From NCBI GenBank assembly GCA_965222375.1, contig CBDCTZ010000016.1, positions 1,920,001 to 1,984,000 of the forward strand: DNA of 64,000 nucleotides. The letters run 5' to 3'. The notes below the pieces were generated by a model. It did no database searches, had not been told where the DNA came from, and was given only the letters and a program-made list of their open reading frames with translations. Source of the stretch: Polyangiaceae bacterium. GTDB lineage: Bacteria > Myxococcota_A > Polyangia > Polyangiales > Polyangiaceae. The first letter of the stretch is position 1, and every line of letters begins with the position of its first letter. Position numbers and translations under genes: made by a program. Below, piece after piece: positions 30,487 through 40,602 of the stretch.

Positions 30487-32447
30487 GTGCGTCAAGAAAG
30501 CTTCGATCAGGAGGAAGTCATGTAAGAGCCAGACATAACTGAAACTTGATGTAGTGACCCAGCGGGTTGGAGTCCCGCTCAGCCAAGGGTGCGCCGCCAG
30601 CTGAAAGCGAGTCTTGCGTGGCAGTCACAACCGAAAGGGAGGACTGCTGCGAAGCGTAGACAGCGAGCGTGCAGGCCGTGCAATTGGGCCGCGAAAGGTT
30701 GGTAGTCGTGGGAGCCGACGGCTCAGCACAGGCCGGAAGGCAATACCAGCGGAGCAAGAGTCAGGGGCAACGCCCCGACGGCGTGTCTCCGCGGTCCCAC
30801 CGAGGTCGTAGAACACGGCATGTGCGCGAAGGGGTCACCGAGGAACTTGAGAGGTCCTGTCCGCTCCGGGAAACCGGAACTGCCAAGCAAGCGCAAGTGA
30901 GCGAGGTGGGGCGGGCGGGAAGTCCGAGCGCCAAATAGTAGTCGAAGCCGGGGAAGCCTCCCAAGCGACCCGGTGGAGCGAAGGATGGCGCCGGGTCACG
31001 GAACCGAAAGAGGGAAAGATGAGTGAGACATCGAGCTCAACAAGCATCTCAACGAAAGTCGAAAGGATAGCAACGCTGGCGCAGCAAGCGCCCGACATGG
31101 CGTTCACGACGCTGGCCCATCACATCGACCTGGAGTGGCTGCGCGAAGCGCACCGCAGGACTCGCAAGGATGGTGCTGTGGGCGTGGACGGGCAGAGCGC
31201 GCAAGAGTACGCGGCCAACCTGGAGGAACATCTCCAGTCGCTGCTCGACCGCGCGAAGTCCGGCACATACCGAGCCCCACCCGTGCGGCGTGTGCACATC
31301 CCCAAGGGGGGAGGGAAGGAAACGCGCCCGCTTGGGATCCCAACCTTCGAGGACAAGGTGTTGCAACGAGCAGTCGCGATGGTGCTCGAAGCAGTCTATG
31401 AGCAGGACTTCTTGAACTGCTCCTATGGCTTCCGGCCAGGGCGCTCTGCGCACCAGGCTCTGGAAACGCTTCGGACACCGATGGTCAAGATGGCTGGCGG
31501 TTGGGTTCTGGAGATCGATATACGAAAGTTTTTCGATACCTTGGACCACGGACGACTACGGGAAGTGCTGCGCTGCAGGGTGCGCGATGGCGTGATCCTG
31601 CGCTTGATCGGCAAGTGGCTGAATGCAGGAGTGCTGGAGTCCGGGCGGCTGAGCTACCCGGATGCCGGCACGCCACAGGGCGGGGTGATCTCGCCGTTGC
31701 TGGCAAACATCTACCTGCATGAGGTGCTTGACGTCTGGTTCGAGCGACAAGTGCGTCCCCGCCTTCGGGCTCGGGCGCACCTCGTTCGCTACGCGGACGA
31801 TGCCGTCATGCTGTTCGAGTTCGAGGAAGACGCCAGGCGTGTGTTCGAGGTCTTGCCGAAGCGATTCGCCAAGTTCGGGCTCACGCTGCACGCCGAAAAG
31901 ACAAAGCTCGTGCCGTTCAAACGGCCGGACCGGATCCGACGGCGTCGCGGCGGCGAGGGTGAGGGGCCATCGGGGCCTAGCTCCTTCAACTTCCTCGGCT
32001 TCACCTTCCACTGGGCAAAGAGCCTGGCTGGCAAGTGGGTGGTGAGGACGCGAACAGCGAAAGACAGATACCAGAGAGCGGTCAACGCCATCGCACAGTG
32101 GTGTCGGAATCACCGGCATGCTTCTGTGCGAGTACAGCGTCAGGCGCTGGCTGCGAAACTTCGCGGTCACTACGCCTACTTCGGCCGTACCGGCAACTTC
32201 AGCCGCCTCTGGAGCTTGTACTTCGCCACTGTGCGGAAGTGGAAGCGCTGGCTGTCTCGACGCTCCGACAAAGCGCGACTCACCTGGCCTGCGATGGATC
32301 GGCTACTGGAGCGCAATCCGCTCCCGAAACCCGATGCCTCGCGCCGCTTCGCGTAGCAAAGCCGTGGCCTGAGGAGCCGGATGCGGGAAATCCGCACGTC
32401 CGGATCTGTCCGGGGGGCGGCCCGTAAAGGGCCGTCCCTACCGGGAG
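30487..32447 (+). mobile_element. Group II intron (complete, no endonuclease domain)
   Basis: 5' GTGCG; domain V GAGCCGGATGCGGGAAATCCGCACGTCCGGATC; domain VI ending CCCTACCGGGAG; flanks rejoin to the intact GCCGTGCT|CGGCGGCC seen in the other copies. Confidence 0.93.
31019..32356 (+). CDS. ltrA: Group II intron reverse transcriptase/maturase
   Basis: '[11 protein letters not shown]', '[17 protein letters not shown]', YADD, 'FNFLGF', X domain 'LRGHYAYFG'; no HNH. Confidence 0.95.
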   Translation: MSETSSSTSISTKVERIATLAQQAPDMAFTTLAHHIDLEWLREAHRRTRKDGAVGVDGQSAQEYAANLEEHLQSLLDRAKSGTYRAPPVRRVHIPKGGGKETRPLGIPTFEDKVLQRAVAMVLEAVYEQDFLNCSYGFRPGRSAHQALETLRTPMVKMAGGWVLEIDIRKFFDTLDHGRLREVLRCRVRDGVILRLIGKWLNAGVLESGRLSYPDAGTPQGGVISPLLANIYLHEVLDVWFERQVRPRLRARAHLVRYADDAVMLFEFEEDARRVFEVLPKRFAKFGLTLHAEKTKLVPFKRPDRIRRRRGGEGEGPSGPSSFNFLGFTFHWAKSLAGKWVVRTRTAKDRYQRAVNAIAQWCRNHRHASVRVQRQALAAKLRGHYAYFGRTGNFSRLWSLYFATVRKWKRWLSRRSDKARLTWPAMDRLLERNPLPKPDASRRFA

Positions 32448-32868
32448 CGGCGGCCGTCAGAGTTTCGCGCGAGGCGCGGGTAAGCAAGTGGTCTCGCGCG
32501 GTGCGACGAGCCGCCTGCGCGCGGCATGGGCGGGGCTGCGTCGCGTTGGCGTGTAGTGGAATCGCGACGGCACAACTGGCGGCTTCTGGGTCGTACTCGT
32601 ACTCGTGCTCGTACTCGTTGTCGTGCTCGTACTCGCACTGGTGCTCGTGCTCGCACCCGCATGACCCCCACTTCGAGCATCGCGTCGGAGTCTAGCTCGG
32701 GGTGCGCTTGGCTCAAGGCAATTGCGTGCACCAGGGCGTATCGGGCGCTGCAGCGCTCGAGTTGCTGACAAAGAGCGTTGGCTCGCGCTTTCGCCTCACG
32801 TCAGCCCGGGGCTGCCGTCGGGCTTTTGGGGTGAAGCCCGCCAGCAGCCCCGGGCCTCGGAGGTCGAT

Positions 32869-33231
32869 ATGCAAAAGCGCAAACAGAGCTTCTCTCGTCG
32901 TCGCCAGCTCGAGGAGCGCGCTCGCCTGATGCGCGGGTCGCCCAGTTGGCCGGAGCAGGTGCTGTTTGGCGCTATCCGTGGTGGCCGGTTGGGAGTGTGC
33001 GTGAAGCGTCAGGTGGTGCTGGGCGAGTACATCGCTGACTTCGTGGTGGCGTCTCGGAAGCTCGTGATTGAGGTCGACGGGCCGCATCATGCCCTGCGCC
33101 GCAGTGCCGATGCGCGGCGAGACCGTGCGCTAGCGCGTCTCGGGTGGCGCGTGTTGCGGGTGAGTGCGGAGGATGTGTGTTGTCGGTTGGAGGATGTGGT
33201 GGGCGCGATCCGGGCTGCGCTGGGGGCGTAG
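32869..33231 (+). CDS. DUF559 (Vsr-like PD-(D/E)xK) endonuclease, copy I
   Basis: 'RQVVLGEYIADF...LVIEVDGPHH...DARRD..L..LGWRVLR'; GGAGG RBS. Confidence 0.88.
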   Translation: MQKRKQSFSRRRQLEERARLMRGSPSWPEQVLFGAIRGGRLGVCVKRQVVLGEYIADFVVASRKLVIEVDGPHHALRRSADARRDRALARLGWRVLRVSAEDVCCRLEDVVGAIRAALGA

Positions 33232-33491
33232 CAGAGGCCTCGCACGAGCTTTCAGCTCAGCTTTGGTTGCCCGACGTGCGGGTCACGCTCGACCGACGAA
33301 CGCGGAGCCGAAAGCGTCCGGAACTGACCCGCTCCGATTCGATCAAGGTGCGCACACAGACCATATCGGTCCGGGCGCGCTTGCAGTTGCGTGAAGAGAT
33401 GAATGATCTCGTGCAGGTGCGGCCCGCGGGCTTGCGACCGCGGGCCTCGAACGTGCGGTCGGTCACTGCACGGCGCAGCAGGAGCTGCCTG

Positions 33492-35015
33492 CTACAGGGT
33501 GAGTGTGTCTTGGCCGTCACCAGCCACACCATCGTTGCTACCTGGCACCCCACCGATCCCCTTGGCCCCGCCCTTGCCCTTGGCGAAAGTTGGCGTCGTG
33601 TTGGTCACAGCCGCGGCCGTGCTTTGCAGAACACCCACGCTGATGCCTCCAGCAGCGCCTCCTCCCGCGCCTCCGTTGCCACCCTTGCCGCCAGCACCGC
33701 CGTTGCAGCCGAACGAGCCCCCCTTGCCGGGTGCACCAACCTGCGTCGCGCCGTTCTGTCCCTTGGCACCATCACCACCCTTGCCCGCATCGCTCGCAGT
33801 GAACGTGCAGTCCTGGGTATCGAGCGTGGAGTCGAAGACCATCAGCGCGATGCTCGAACCGCCGGCTCCACCTCCCGGGCCTCCGGCTCCGCCGCAGCCG
33901 CCGCAGCCGCCTCCGCCTCCGGCGGAGCCTGCTGCTGCGGTGCCAGTTCCGCCGCCGCCACCTTGACCGGGCGTGCCATTCTTGCCGTCCGTCCCGACGG
34001 TGCCCTTGAAACCGTCGGCGGCGAGTGTACCGACAGTCGCGGCCCCCGCTGCGGCTCCCTCGTGTGAAGCGTTGGCCCCGTCACCGCCCGTGCCGGTTCC
34101 CGCGCAGGCCTGCCCGAACTTCCCATCGTTTGCCGCGCCGATTAGCGGTTGCCCCGGACTCCCTCCTCCTGCACTCAGCCCACCGTCGCCGCCCTTCCCG
34201 CCAACGCTCTGGCCGCCAGCGGCGCACGTGCACAGCTGGACCTTCCCCCCCGAATCCCCACTTGCGTCGTTGCCGTTCAACTTCGCCTGGCTCGTCTCAT
34301 GCGTCACCGGCACGAGCACGCCGGCTTTGCCGTCAGCGCCTTTGCCAGCCGTGAAGTCCACCCGGGTGAAACGAACGTTGGCGGAGTTCTTCACGAAGGC
34401 TGCGATGCTCGACTCACCGGGAGCAGCCCCTTCCTTCGCCGTGAATGCAAAGTCCTTGAACCCCGTGGCCTTGCTCACACCGTCAATCGTCAACGCGAAT
34501 CCCGCGGCTGTCGGGGTCACTGGCGTCTTCTTGCCTGGGTCGTAGCTCCAGTTGGTGCATTTGAAACCGCCGTGCACGATGACGCCTTCATGGGCGCTCG
34601 TCAGGTTTACGGGCGCCGCGAAGGTGTCGTTGCACGCGATCACGATGAGGCCGTTGGTCTTCGCGGTCTCCATGGCCTTTTCGATCGTGCCGAAGGGCGT
34701 GCCCCTCGATCCGTCCGTGGTGTCGTTGCCGCTTGGTGACACGAAGACGGCATATTGCTCATCGACCAAGCAGGACTCCTCGCTTGGGTCTTTGCTCGTG
34801 TCGCAGGTGCCGCCGTCGCCGCCGCTGCCTCCTGTGCCGGAGGTGCCGGAAGTGCCGCCCAGGCCGGAGTCGCCACTTGCACCAGACGCGCCGCCGGCCG
34901 CGGCGCAGGTGCCGTTCTTGGCGCAGTCGTCCGCGCGATTCGTGCAAGCAAGGGCCATCACAGCCAACGCGGAAACCGAAGACAGAGTCACGGCCAAGGA
35001 AAAGCTTCGTCTCAT
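33492..35015 (-). CDS. Gly-rich (PGRS-like) lipoprotein with DUF1565-like N-terminal region, copy 3
   Basis: Lipobox ALAC; 'FVSPSGND...PFGTI'; GGxGG repeats. Confidence 0.8.
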   Translation of the reverse strand: MRRSFSLAVTLSSVSALAVMALACTNRADDCAKNGTCAAAGGASGASGDSGLGGTSGTSGTGGSGGDGGTCDTSKDPSEESCLVDEQYAVFVSPSGNDTTDGSRGTPFGTIEKAMETAKTNGLIVIACNDTFAAPVNLTSAHEGVIVHGGFKCTNWSYDPGKKTPVTPTAAGFALTIDGVSKATGFKDFAFTAKEGAAPGESSIAAFVKNSANVRFTRVDFTAGKGADGKAGVLVPVTHETSQAKLNGNDASGDSGGKVQLCTCAAGGQSVGGKGGDGGLSAGGGSPGQPLIGAANDGKFGQACAGTGTGGDGANASHEGAAAGAATVGTLAADGFKGTVGTDGKNGTPGQGGGGGTGTAAAGSAGGGGGCGGCGGAGGPGGGAGGSSIALMVFDSTLDTQDCTFTASDAGKGGDGAKGQNGATQVGAPGKGGSFGCNGGAGGKGGNGGAGGGAAGGISVGVLQSTAAAVTNTTPTFAKGKGGAKGIGGVPGSNDGVAGDGQDTLTL

Positions 35016-35046
35016 TGTGTCTTCCCTTCGAAGAATCCTTGCTGGG

Positions 35047-36099
35047 TTAGAAAAAGCCGGACAGCATCAGTGCTGCTGAGTGGCTGTCAAAGACTGCCGA
35101 AGGTCGAAGTTCGGCTTTCGAGAGCCCGCGGGCGTGCTTGCGTGAGGTTGCGCTGCCCTCGTCGGTTGGCCAGAGCAGGTACGTGACCGTTACCGCGGTA
35201 CTGACGGCAAAGACCGAGAAACCCGCGACGGCAAATCGGCTGTGGCGATCGGCTGCCTCGTTCTTGTCCCCTAGCAGTGTGCAGTCGGCTTTGGTGGCTG
35301 CTCCGGTCGTGCAGCCCGTCTCTCCGACCTTGTCTGCGAGCTCGTCTGCGTCGCTGGCCTTGCCCTGTGCTGACAGTGCGAAGCCAATGCCCAAACCCAG
35401 GCCAATCACTGCGACTCCCCCGGCCACAATGGCAGGAGTGATGCTTCGGTTCGAGTTCGCCGGGCCGCCGTCCGGTGTTCCGTCTGTGCCCGCGGGCCGG
35501 CCGGCGCCTGGCCCTCCTGACTCCGGCTTCAGGGCCAATGTGATCTCCACTTCCTGGCCGGCTCCCACTTCCATCGATCGCTGTGCTTTCTGATGCCCGG
35601 CCAACTCCGCCTCGACCACTCGACTGCCGGGGTTGACAAAGGCCGGAGCGCCAAGCGGCGCGAGGCCGACGCTCTTCTTGTCGATGCGGACCCGAGCGCC
35701 TTCTGGCGTCACGTGGACCTTGAGTATTGCAACATGTTGCTTCGACTCATCGAGCCACGCCTTCAGCCGGCTCCGCGGCTCTTCGTCTTCCTTGGGGGGG
35801 AAGTGGCGCAGGGAATACTCGATGTGCTCTGCAGCATCGCGGTAACGTTTCAGTTCGTACTCGACCTGCCCGAGCATCGCTGCAATGTCGAAGCTCTGCT
35901 TCAAACGATACGCTTCGTCGAGCAGCTTGTGCGCGGCGGGCCAGTCTTTCCTCACAATCGCCTTGCGACCGTCGCGAAAGAGCTTTTCGGCGCGGGCGTC
36001 GAGATCAGTCGCGGTCTCGGGCCCAGCATAGGCAGTGCGAACACTGCAGATTACGCCAAGCAGGGTGATGGCAACGACGAGCAGCACGTTTCGAGGCAT
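35047..36099 (-). CDS. TPR + PEGA-domain protein, copy 3
   Basis: TPR-like helices; 'VTPEGARVRID' PEGA; two hydrophobic segments; terminal Phe. Confidence 0.8.
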   Translation of the reverse strand: MPRNVLLVVAITLLGVICSVRTAYAGPETATDLDARAEKLFRDGRKAIVRKDWPAAHKLLDEAYRLKQSFDIAAMLGQVEYELKRYRDAAEHIEYSLRHFPPKEDEEPRSRLKAWLDESKQHVAILKVHVTPEGARVRIDKKSVGLAPLGAPAFVNPGSRVVEAELAGHQKAQRSMEVGAGQEVEITLALKPESGGPGAGRPAGTDGTPDGGPANSNRSITPAIVAGGVAVIGLGLGIGFALSAQGKASDADELADKVGETGCTTGAATKADCTLLGDKNEAADRHSRFAVAGFSVFAVSTAVTVTYLLWPTDEGSATSRKHARGLSKAELRPSAVFDSHSAALMLSGFF

Positions 36100-36118
36100 T
36101 GGAAGACTCTGGCAGCAG

Positions 36119-36840
36119 CTAGAAGACCGGGCGTTGTGGATCCTTCGGGCCGGCTGTGGGCGTAGGTTTCGCCACAGACGGCGATGAAGCAACGCCCGTA
36201 CCAGACTCCGCCTTCGGCTTGGCCGAAGCACTCGGCGGTGCGGCCTTTGGTTTTGCGGCAGGTCGTGACTCTGTGCCCGCTTGCTTGACCTTTGTCTTCG
36301 AGGACGCTGGCGCCTTGACTGGCGCTGGAGCCGTGACTGGTACGACTGGCGTGGACTTCGCTGGCGTGGCTCTCGTGGGAGTTGTTTGCCTCGCAGTTAG
36401 ATTTGGAGTCGCGAGTGGTGCAGGCGCAACTTGAGTTGACGCACCTTCTGGTTCGGTGGTGCGCGCTTCTCGATGGTTCTTCGACCAACCCGTCGCCAGC
36501 ACCGCCACCAGTCCACCCAAGAGCAACACCCCCACCAGCGCGAACTTCCACCCCCGTCCTCGATGGGTTGGCGCGCCGTCGACGATGGTTGGCTCGGTGT
36601 CCGTCGTTGCCGTGTCCGTCGCGGCGGCCGGCGCGTCAGACTGCGTGGGTGGCGCGTCAGACTGCGTAGGTAGCGCATCGGATTGCACAGGCGGCACGTC
36701 TGACTCGGTGGGTGACGCGTCGGGGTCGGTGGCTGCCGCCTTGGCTCTCGCCAGCGTACGCAAACTCTTCTGCGTGGTTGCTCGCCTCGGATCCGCCTCC
36801 GGATCGACCTTGATCGTCTCGGTCTCGATCGTCTTGTGAT
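36119..36840 (-). pseudogene. 5'-truncated Pro-rich membrane gene A (copy A3), in frame with an element-derived ORF
   Basis: About 630 bp near-identical to 45510-46143; lacks its own start. Confidence 0.7.
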
Positions 36841-37668
36841 TTGCTGCCCCCGCCCCGCCTCGCTGCGCTCGGCTTGCCCCCCCCTTATGCCGTGCTCGGC
36901 GGCCGGGGTGGCTTCGCCTAGGGCGCCGGGGAGCGGGTTGTATCGCAGGGAACGGCGAGCCGCCTGCGCGCGGCATGGGCGGGGCTGCGTCGCGTTGGCG
37001 TGTAGTGGAATCGCGACGGCACAACTGGCGGCTTCTGGGTCGTACTCGTACTCGTTGTCGTGCTCGAACTCGCACTGGTGCTCGTACTCGCACCCGCATG
37101 ACCCCCACTTCGAGCATCGCGTCGGAGTGTAGCTGCGCAGCCGGTGTGCTCAAGGCAATTGCGTGCACCAGGGCGTATCGGGCGCTGCAGCGCTCGAGTT
37201 GCTGACAAAGAGCGTTGGCTCGCGCTTTCGCCTCACGTCAGCCCGGGGCTGCCGTCGGGCTTTTGGGGTGAAGCCCGCCAGCAGCCCCGGGCCTCGGAGG
37301 TCGATATGCAAAAGCGCAAACAGAGCTTCTCTCGTCGTCGCCAGCTCGAGGAGCGCGCTCGCCTGATGCGCGGGTCGCCCAGTTGGCCGGAGCAGGTGCT
37401 GTTTGGCGCTATCCGTGGTGGCCGGTTGGGAGTGTGCGTGAAGCGTCAGGTGGTGCTGGGTGAGCACATCGCTGACTTCGTGGTGGCGTCTCGGAAGCTC
37501 GTGATTGAGGTCGACGGACCTCATCATGCCCTGCGGCGCAGCGCGGATGCGCGGCGGGACCGTGCGTTGGCGCGTCTCGGGTGGCGCGTATTGCGGGTGA
37601 GTGCTGAGGATGTGAGCTGTCGGTTGGAGGATGTGGTGGGCGTTATCCGGGCTGCGGTCGGGTCGTAG
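36841..37668 (+). mobile_element. DUF559-associated repeated element, copy II
   Basis: Near-identical to copies I and III. Confidence 0.7.
37306..37668 (+). CDS. DUF559 endonuclease, copy II
   Basis: Same 120-aa protein with a few substitutions. Confidence 0.88.
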   Translation: MQKRKQSFSRRRQLEERARLMRGSPSWPEQVLFGAIRGGRLGVCVKRQVVLGEHIADFVVASRKLVIEVDGPHHALRRSADARRDRALARLGWRVLRVSAEDVSCRLEDVVGVIRAAVGS

Positions 37669-37742
37669 GAGGGGCCTAGTGTGGGCGCCGCTTCGCTTGG
37701 TTGCACGACGTGCAGGATGCGTGGCCAACGCATGGGGTCTTG

Positions 37743-37967
37743 CTAGGCGCGCTTCTTGCGCTTCTTAGTCGTCTTCTTCTTGGGTCGATTGCTCGTGCGC
37801 TTGGCGGGCTTCGTCTTGAGTTTGGCGCGTCGAGCAGCGCCGCGGACCATTTGTCGGGTCCAGTCGCTGACGCCCTGGCCAGCCTGCTCGGCCAGGGCGT
37901 GCACCATGCGCCATTCATCCTCGCTGAGCATGACGTGTAGGCGCTTGTTGCGGTCGATGACGGCCAT
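37743..37967 (-). CDS. Small ribbon-helix-helix-like protein with Lys/Arg tail
   Basis: 'RLHVMLSEDEW..V..LA...GQGVSDWTR' CopG/MobC-like pattern; paralog at 42554. Confidence 0.65.
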   Translation of the reverse strand: MAVIDRNKRLHVMLSEDEWRMVHALAEQAGQGVSDWTRQMVRGAARRAKLKTKPAKRTSNRPKKKTTKKRKKRA

Positions 37968-37971
37968 GGTG

Positions 37972-39477
37972 CTATTTCACCTCCACGACGTCCTGCGCGA
38001 GGCCGTCGATGCCGTCGTTGCTGCCGGGTTTGCCGCCGATGCCTTTGGCGCCCTGGGTGCCGAGCTTGACGTTGGTGCCGGTGTCGACGACGGGTGCTGT
38101 TGCGCCTTTCCACAGCACGGCGGCGCTGACACCGCCTGCGGCTCCGCCGCCGGCTCCGCCATCGGCGCCGGGGGCGCCGTTGCCGCCGTCACATGCAGGC
38201 GCAGTGCTGTCTCCGGCGAATCCGAACTCCTTCTGCCCTGTCTGCCCAGCAACGCCGTTCCCGCCCTTGCCGGCGGCGCCGGTGGTGAGCGTGACGGTGG
38301 CATCCAGTGTGATCGGCGTATCCAGCAAGAGCAGTGCGATGCTGGCGCCGCCGCCCTTGCCTCCTGGGCCTCCGGCCCCGCCGCAGCCTCCGGCTCCGCC
38401 GCCGCCACCGCCGGCCGTGCCGGTGCTCGCGCCGCCTCCGCCGCCTTGCCCTGGTGAACCCACCTTGCCGTCGGTGCCGCTGGCTGGCGTCCAGCCGGTG
38501 GAGGAGAGCGTGCCGAGGGTGGTGGCGCCGGAGGCGGCGGGGGTTGGGGGTGGGGTGGCGCCGTTCTTGCCCACGCTCACCGCGCAATTCACTGGACTCG
38601 TGACCGTGCCGCCCTGTCCTCCTCCGTGGTCTGGCGCTCCCTTGCCGCCGGCTTGCGACGGTGCGCTCCCACCCGGCCCGCCAATGGAGGTCGGACAGAT
38701 TTTGTTCGGCTTGGCGGCTCCGCCGCTGCCACCTGTCGCCTTGTTTCCGTCCAGCTCCGCCTGGCTGGGGTAGGAGATGGGTACCACCACGCCCTTGGCG
38801 CCGTCTGCCCCCTTGCCCGCTTTGAGGTCCACTCGTTTCAGAGTGACCCCACTCGAACCGCTCCCAAACATCGCAATGCTCGACGCTCCCGGCGTGGTGG
38901 CGTCCTTGGCTTCGATGATGACGTCTTCGATGTGGAAGCCAACCACCCCATCCAAAGAAAGCGCAATGCCTTCAAGGGCGGGGGCCAGCTTGGTCTTCTT
39001 TGCCGAGTCGTAGCTCCAGTCGCTGCATTTGAAACCGCCGTAGAGCTTGGTGCCGCTGTGAGCGCTGGTGAGCGAGACTGGCGAGGTGAAGTCGTCGTTG
39101 CAGGCGATGACCACCTTGCCCGCGGCTTTGCCGAGCGACAGCGCTTTTTCCCAGGACTGCACTGGCGCACTCTTCGTGCCGTCGGCCGTGTCGCTTCCGC
39201 TCGGGCTGACGAAGATGGCGTAGTCGTCCGCGACGAGGCACGACTCCTCGCTGGGGCTTTTGGTGGTGTCGCACGTGCCGCCGTCTCCGCCGCTGCCGCC
39301 GGTGCCACCGTTCCCGCCCAGACCCGAGTCACCCGACGCGCCGCCGGTTGACGCGTCGGGGGAAGTACAGCCAATCCCATCGTCACAGGTCGTTTCGGTC
39401 GGCCCACACGAAGCCACCAGAACAAGTGCGCTCGAGCCAACGACGAACAACGTCGAGGAGACAAGTGTCTTCAGCAT
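37972..39477 (-). CDS. Gly-rich (PGRS-like) lipoprotein, copy 2
   Basis: Lipobox VASC; same architecture as copies 1 and 3. Confidence 0.8.
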   Translation of the reverse strand: MLKTLVSSTLFVVGSSALVLVASCGPTETTCDDGIGCTSPDASTGGASGDSGLGGNGGTGGSGGDGGTCDTTKSPSEESCLVADDYAIFVSPSGSDTADGTKSAPVQSWEKALSLGKAAGKVVIACNDDFTSPVSLTSAHSGTKLYGGFKCSDWSYDSAKKTKLAPALEGIALSLDGVVGFHIEDVIIEAKDATTPGASSIAMFGSGSSGVTLKRVDLKAGKGADGAKGVVVPISYPSQAELDGNKATGGSGGAAKPNKICPTSIGGPGGSAPSQAGGKGAPDHGGGQGGTVTSPVNCAVSVGKNGATPPPTPAASGATTLGTLSSTGWTPASGTDGKVGSPGQGGGGGASTGTAGGGGGGAGGCGGAGGPGGKGGGASIALLLLDTPITLDATVTLTTGAAGKGGNGVAGQTGQKEFGFAGDSTAPACDGGNGAPGADGGAGGGAAGGVSAAVLWKGATAPVVDTGTNVKLGTQGAKGIGGKPGSNDGIDGLAQDVVEVK

Positions 39478-39509
39478 CTTAGGTTCCTCACAATCCGTTC
39501 GAAAGCGTC

Positions 39510-40577
39510 CTAGAAGAACGACCCCTGCAGTCCCAGTCCGAGACGCGACCCAGACACAACCGGCACCACCCGGGTTGCTGCACGGCCCGTCTGCTTCTCA
39601 CTCGTGGGCCACAGCAGATACGTCGCGACCGTGGCAGCGCCCAGCACACTTCCCGCCACAAACGCAATCGTCGCGTTCTTGTTGGCTGTATTCCGTTGGT
39701 CTGCCGAGTCCGCGAGATCGACACACACGGGCGCGCCGGACCCGCTTGGACAGTTTCCCCCCAATTGCGCGGTCGCTCTCGACTTGAGCGTATCAACGTC
39801 GTCCTGGGCGCTGGACGCGCGGACGGCGAAGAACACTCCCGCGCCGACCGTGACGATAGTGAGCGCGCCCCCAACAATCGCGACGCCAGTCCGAGCCGTC
39901 ATGCCGTCCGACTTGATCTGGCCTCCTCCACCACCACCCTGCCCAGGTCGGTCATCACCCGCTTGGCCCGTTACCGCCCCACTTCCACCGGCACCGGCTA
40001 CTGGCCCGACGCCTCCAGCTTCCCTATCCAGCACAATCGTTTTTGCAAGCCGCTGCTGCTTCTCCACCTCGAGCACAATCGTCTTCGCGATACGTCCTGG
40101 TGCACCGACTCTGAGCACATGCTTGCCCGGCGGCACGAAGACCAAACCGTCGCGCACACGAGTTGCCATTCCGTTCACGCTGACACTTGCGTCCACGGGA
40201 TCCAGATCCAGCGCGAGTTCGGCGACTTGTTTCTTTACGAGTTCCAGCGCGGTTTTGATCTTCTCGCGTTTCTCCGGTTTTGCGCTCGGCATCATTTTGG
40301 TATGCGCAAACTGGAGGTGCTCTGCCGCGGCGGCGTACTTTCCCATCGAGGCTTCGCAACCCCCGAGATTTGCTGCAATGTCGGGAGACTCGTGGAGCGC
40401 GAACGCCTCCTTCAACAGCTTCGCCGCCTTGACGCACTTCCTAGCATCCTGCAGCGGCTTGCTCTTCTCGAATAGCTGTCGTGCGCGCTCTCGCTCCGCA
40501 TTCGTTGGGTTGGAGGGCGAAGCGGACGCCGCGGCAGTGACGGCGACCAACAGAACGAAGACTTGGAGTGCTCTCAT
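39510..40577 (-). CDS. TPR + PEGA-domain protein, copy 2
   Basis: Same architecture; ends LGLQGSFF. Confidence 0.8.
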   Translation of the reverse strand: MRALQVFVLLVAVTAAASASPSNPTNAERERARQLFEKSKPLQDARKCVKAAKLLKEAFALHESPDIAANLGGCEASMGKYAAAAEHLQFAHTKMMPSAKPEKREKIKTALELVKKQVAELALDLDPVDASVSVNGMATRVRDGLVFVPPGKHVLRVGAPGRIAKTIVLEVEKQQRLAKTIVLDREAGGVGPVAGAGGSGAVTGQAGDDRPGQGGGGGGQIKSDGMTARTGVAIVGGALTIVTVGAGVFFAVRASSAQDDVDTLKSRATAQLGGNCPSGSGAPVCVDLADSADQRNTANKNATIAFVAGSVLGAATVATYLLWPTSEKQTGRAATRVVPVVSGSRLGLGLQGSFF

Positions 40578-40602
40578 GAGGCGAAAACTGAGTGACGACC
40601 TG

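Larger units (their letters stand above)
30430..33231 (+). mobile_element. DUF559-associated repeated element, copy I (interrupted by the group II intron)
   Basis: 30430-30486 joined to 32448-33231 is collinear with copies II and III. Confidence 0.7.

Noticed and set aside
30087..32356. RT plus nearby repeated gene fragments as a diversity-generating retroelement
   Set aside because: The RT has group II intron motifs (YADD, X domain) with intact domains V and VI. Differences between A4 and A1/A3 include indels and all base types rather than adenine-specific changes, and no avd-like gene was seen.
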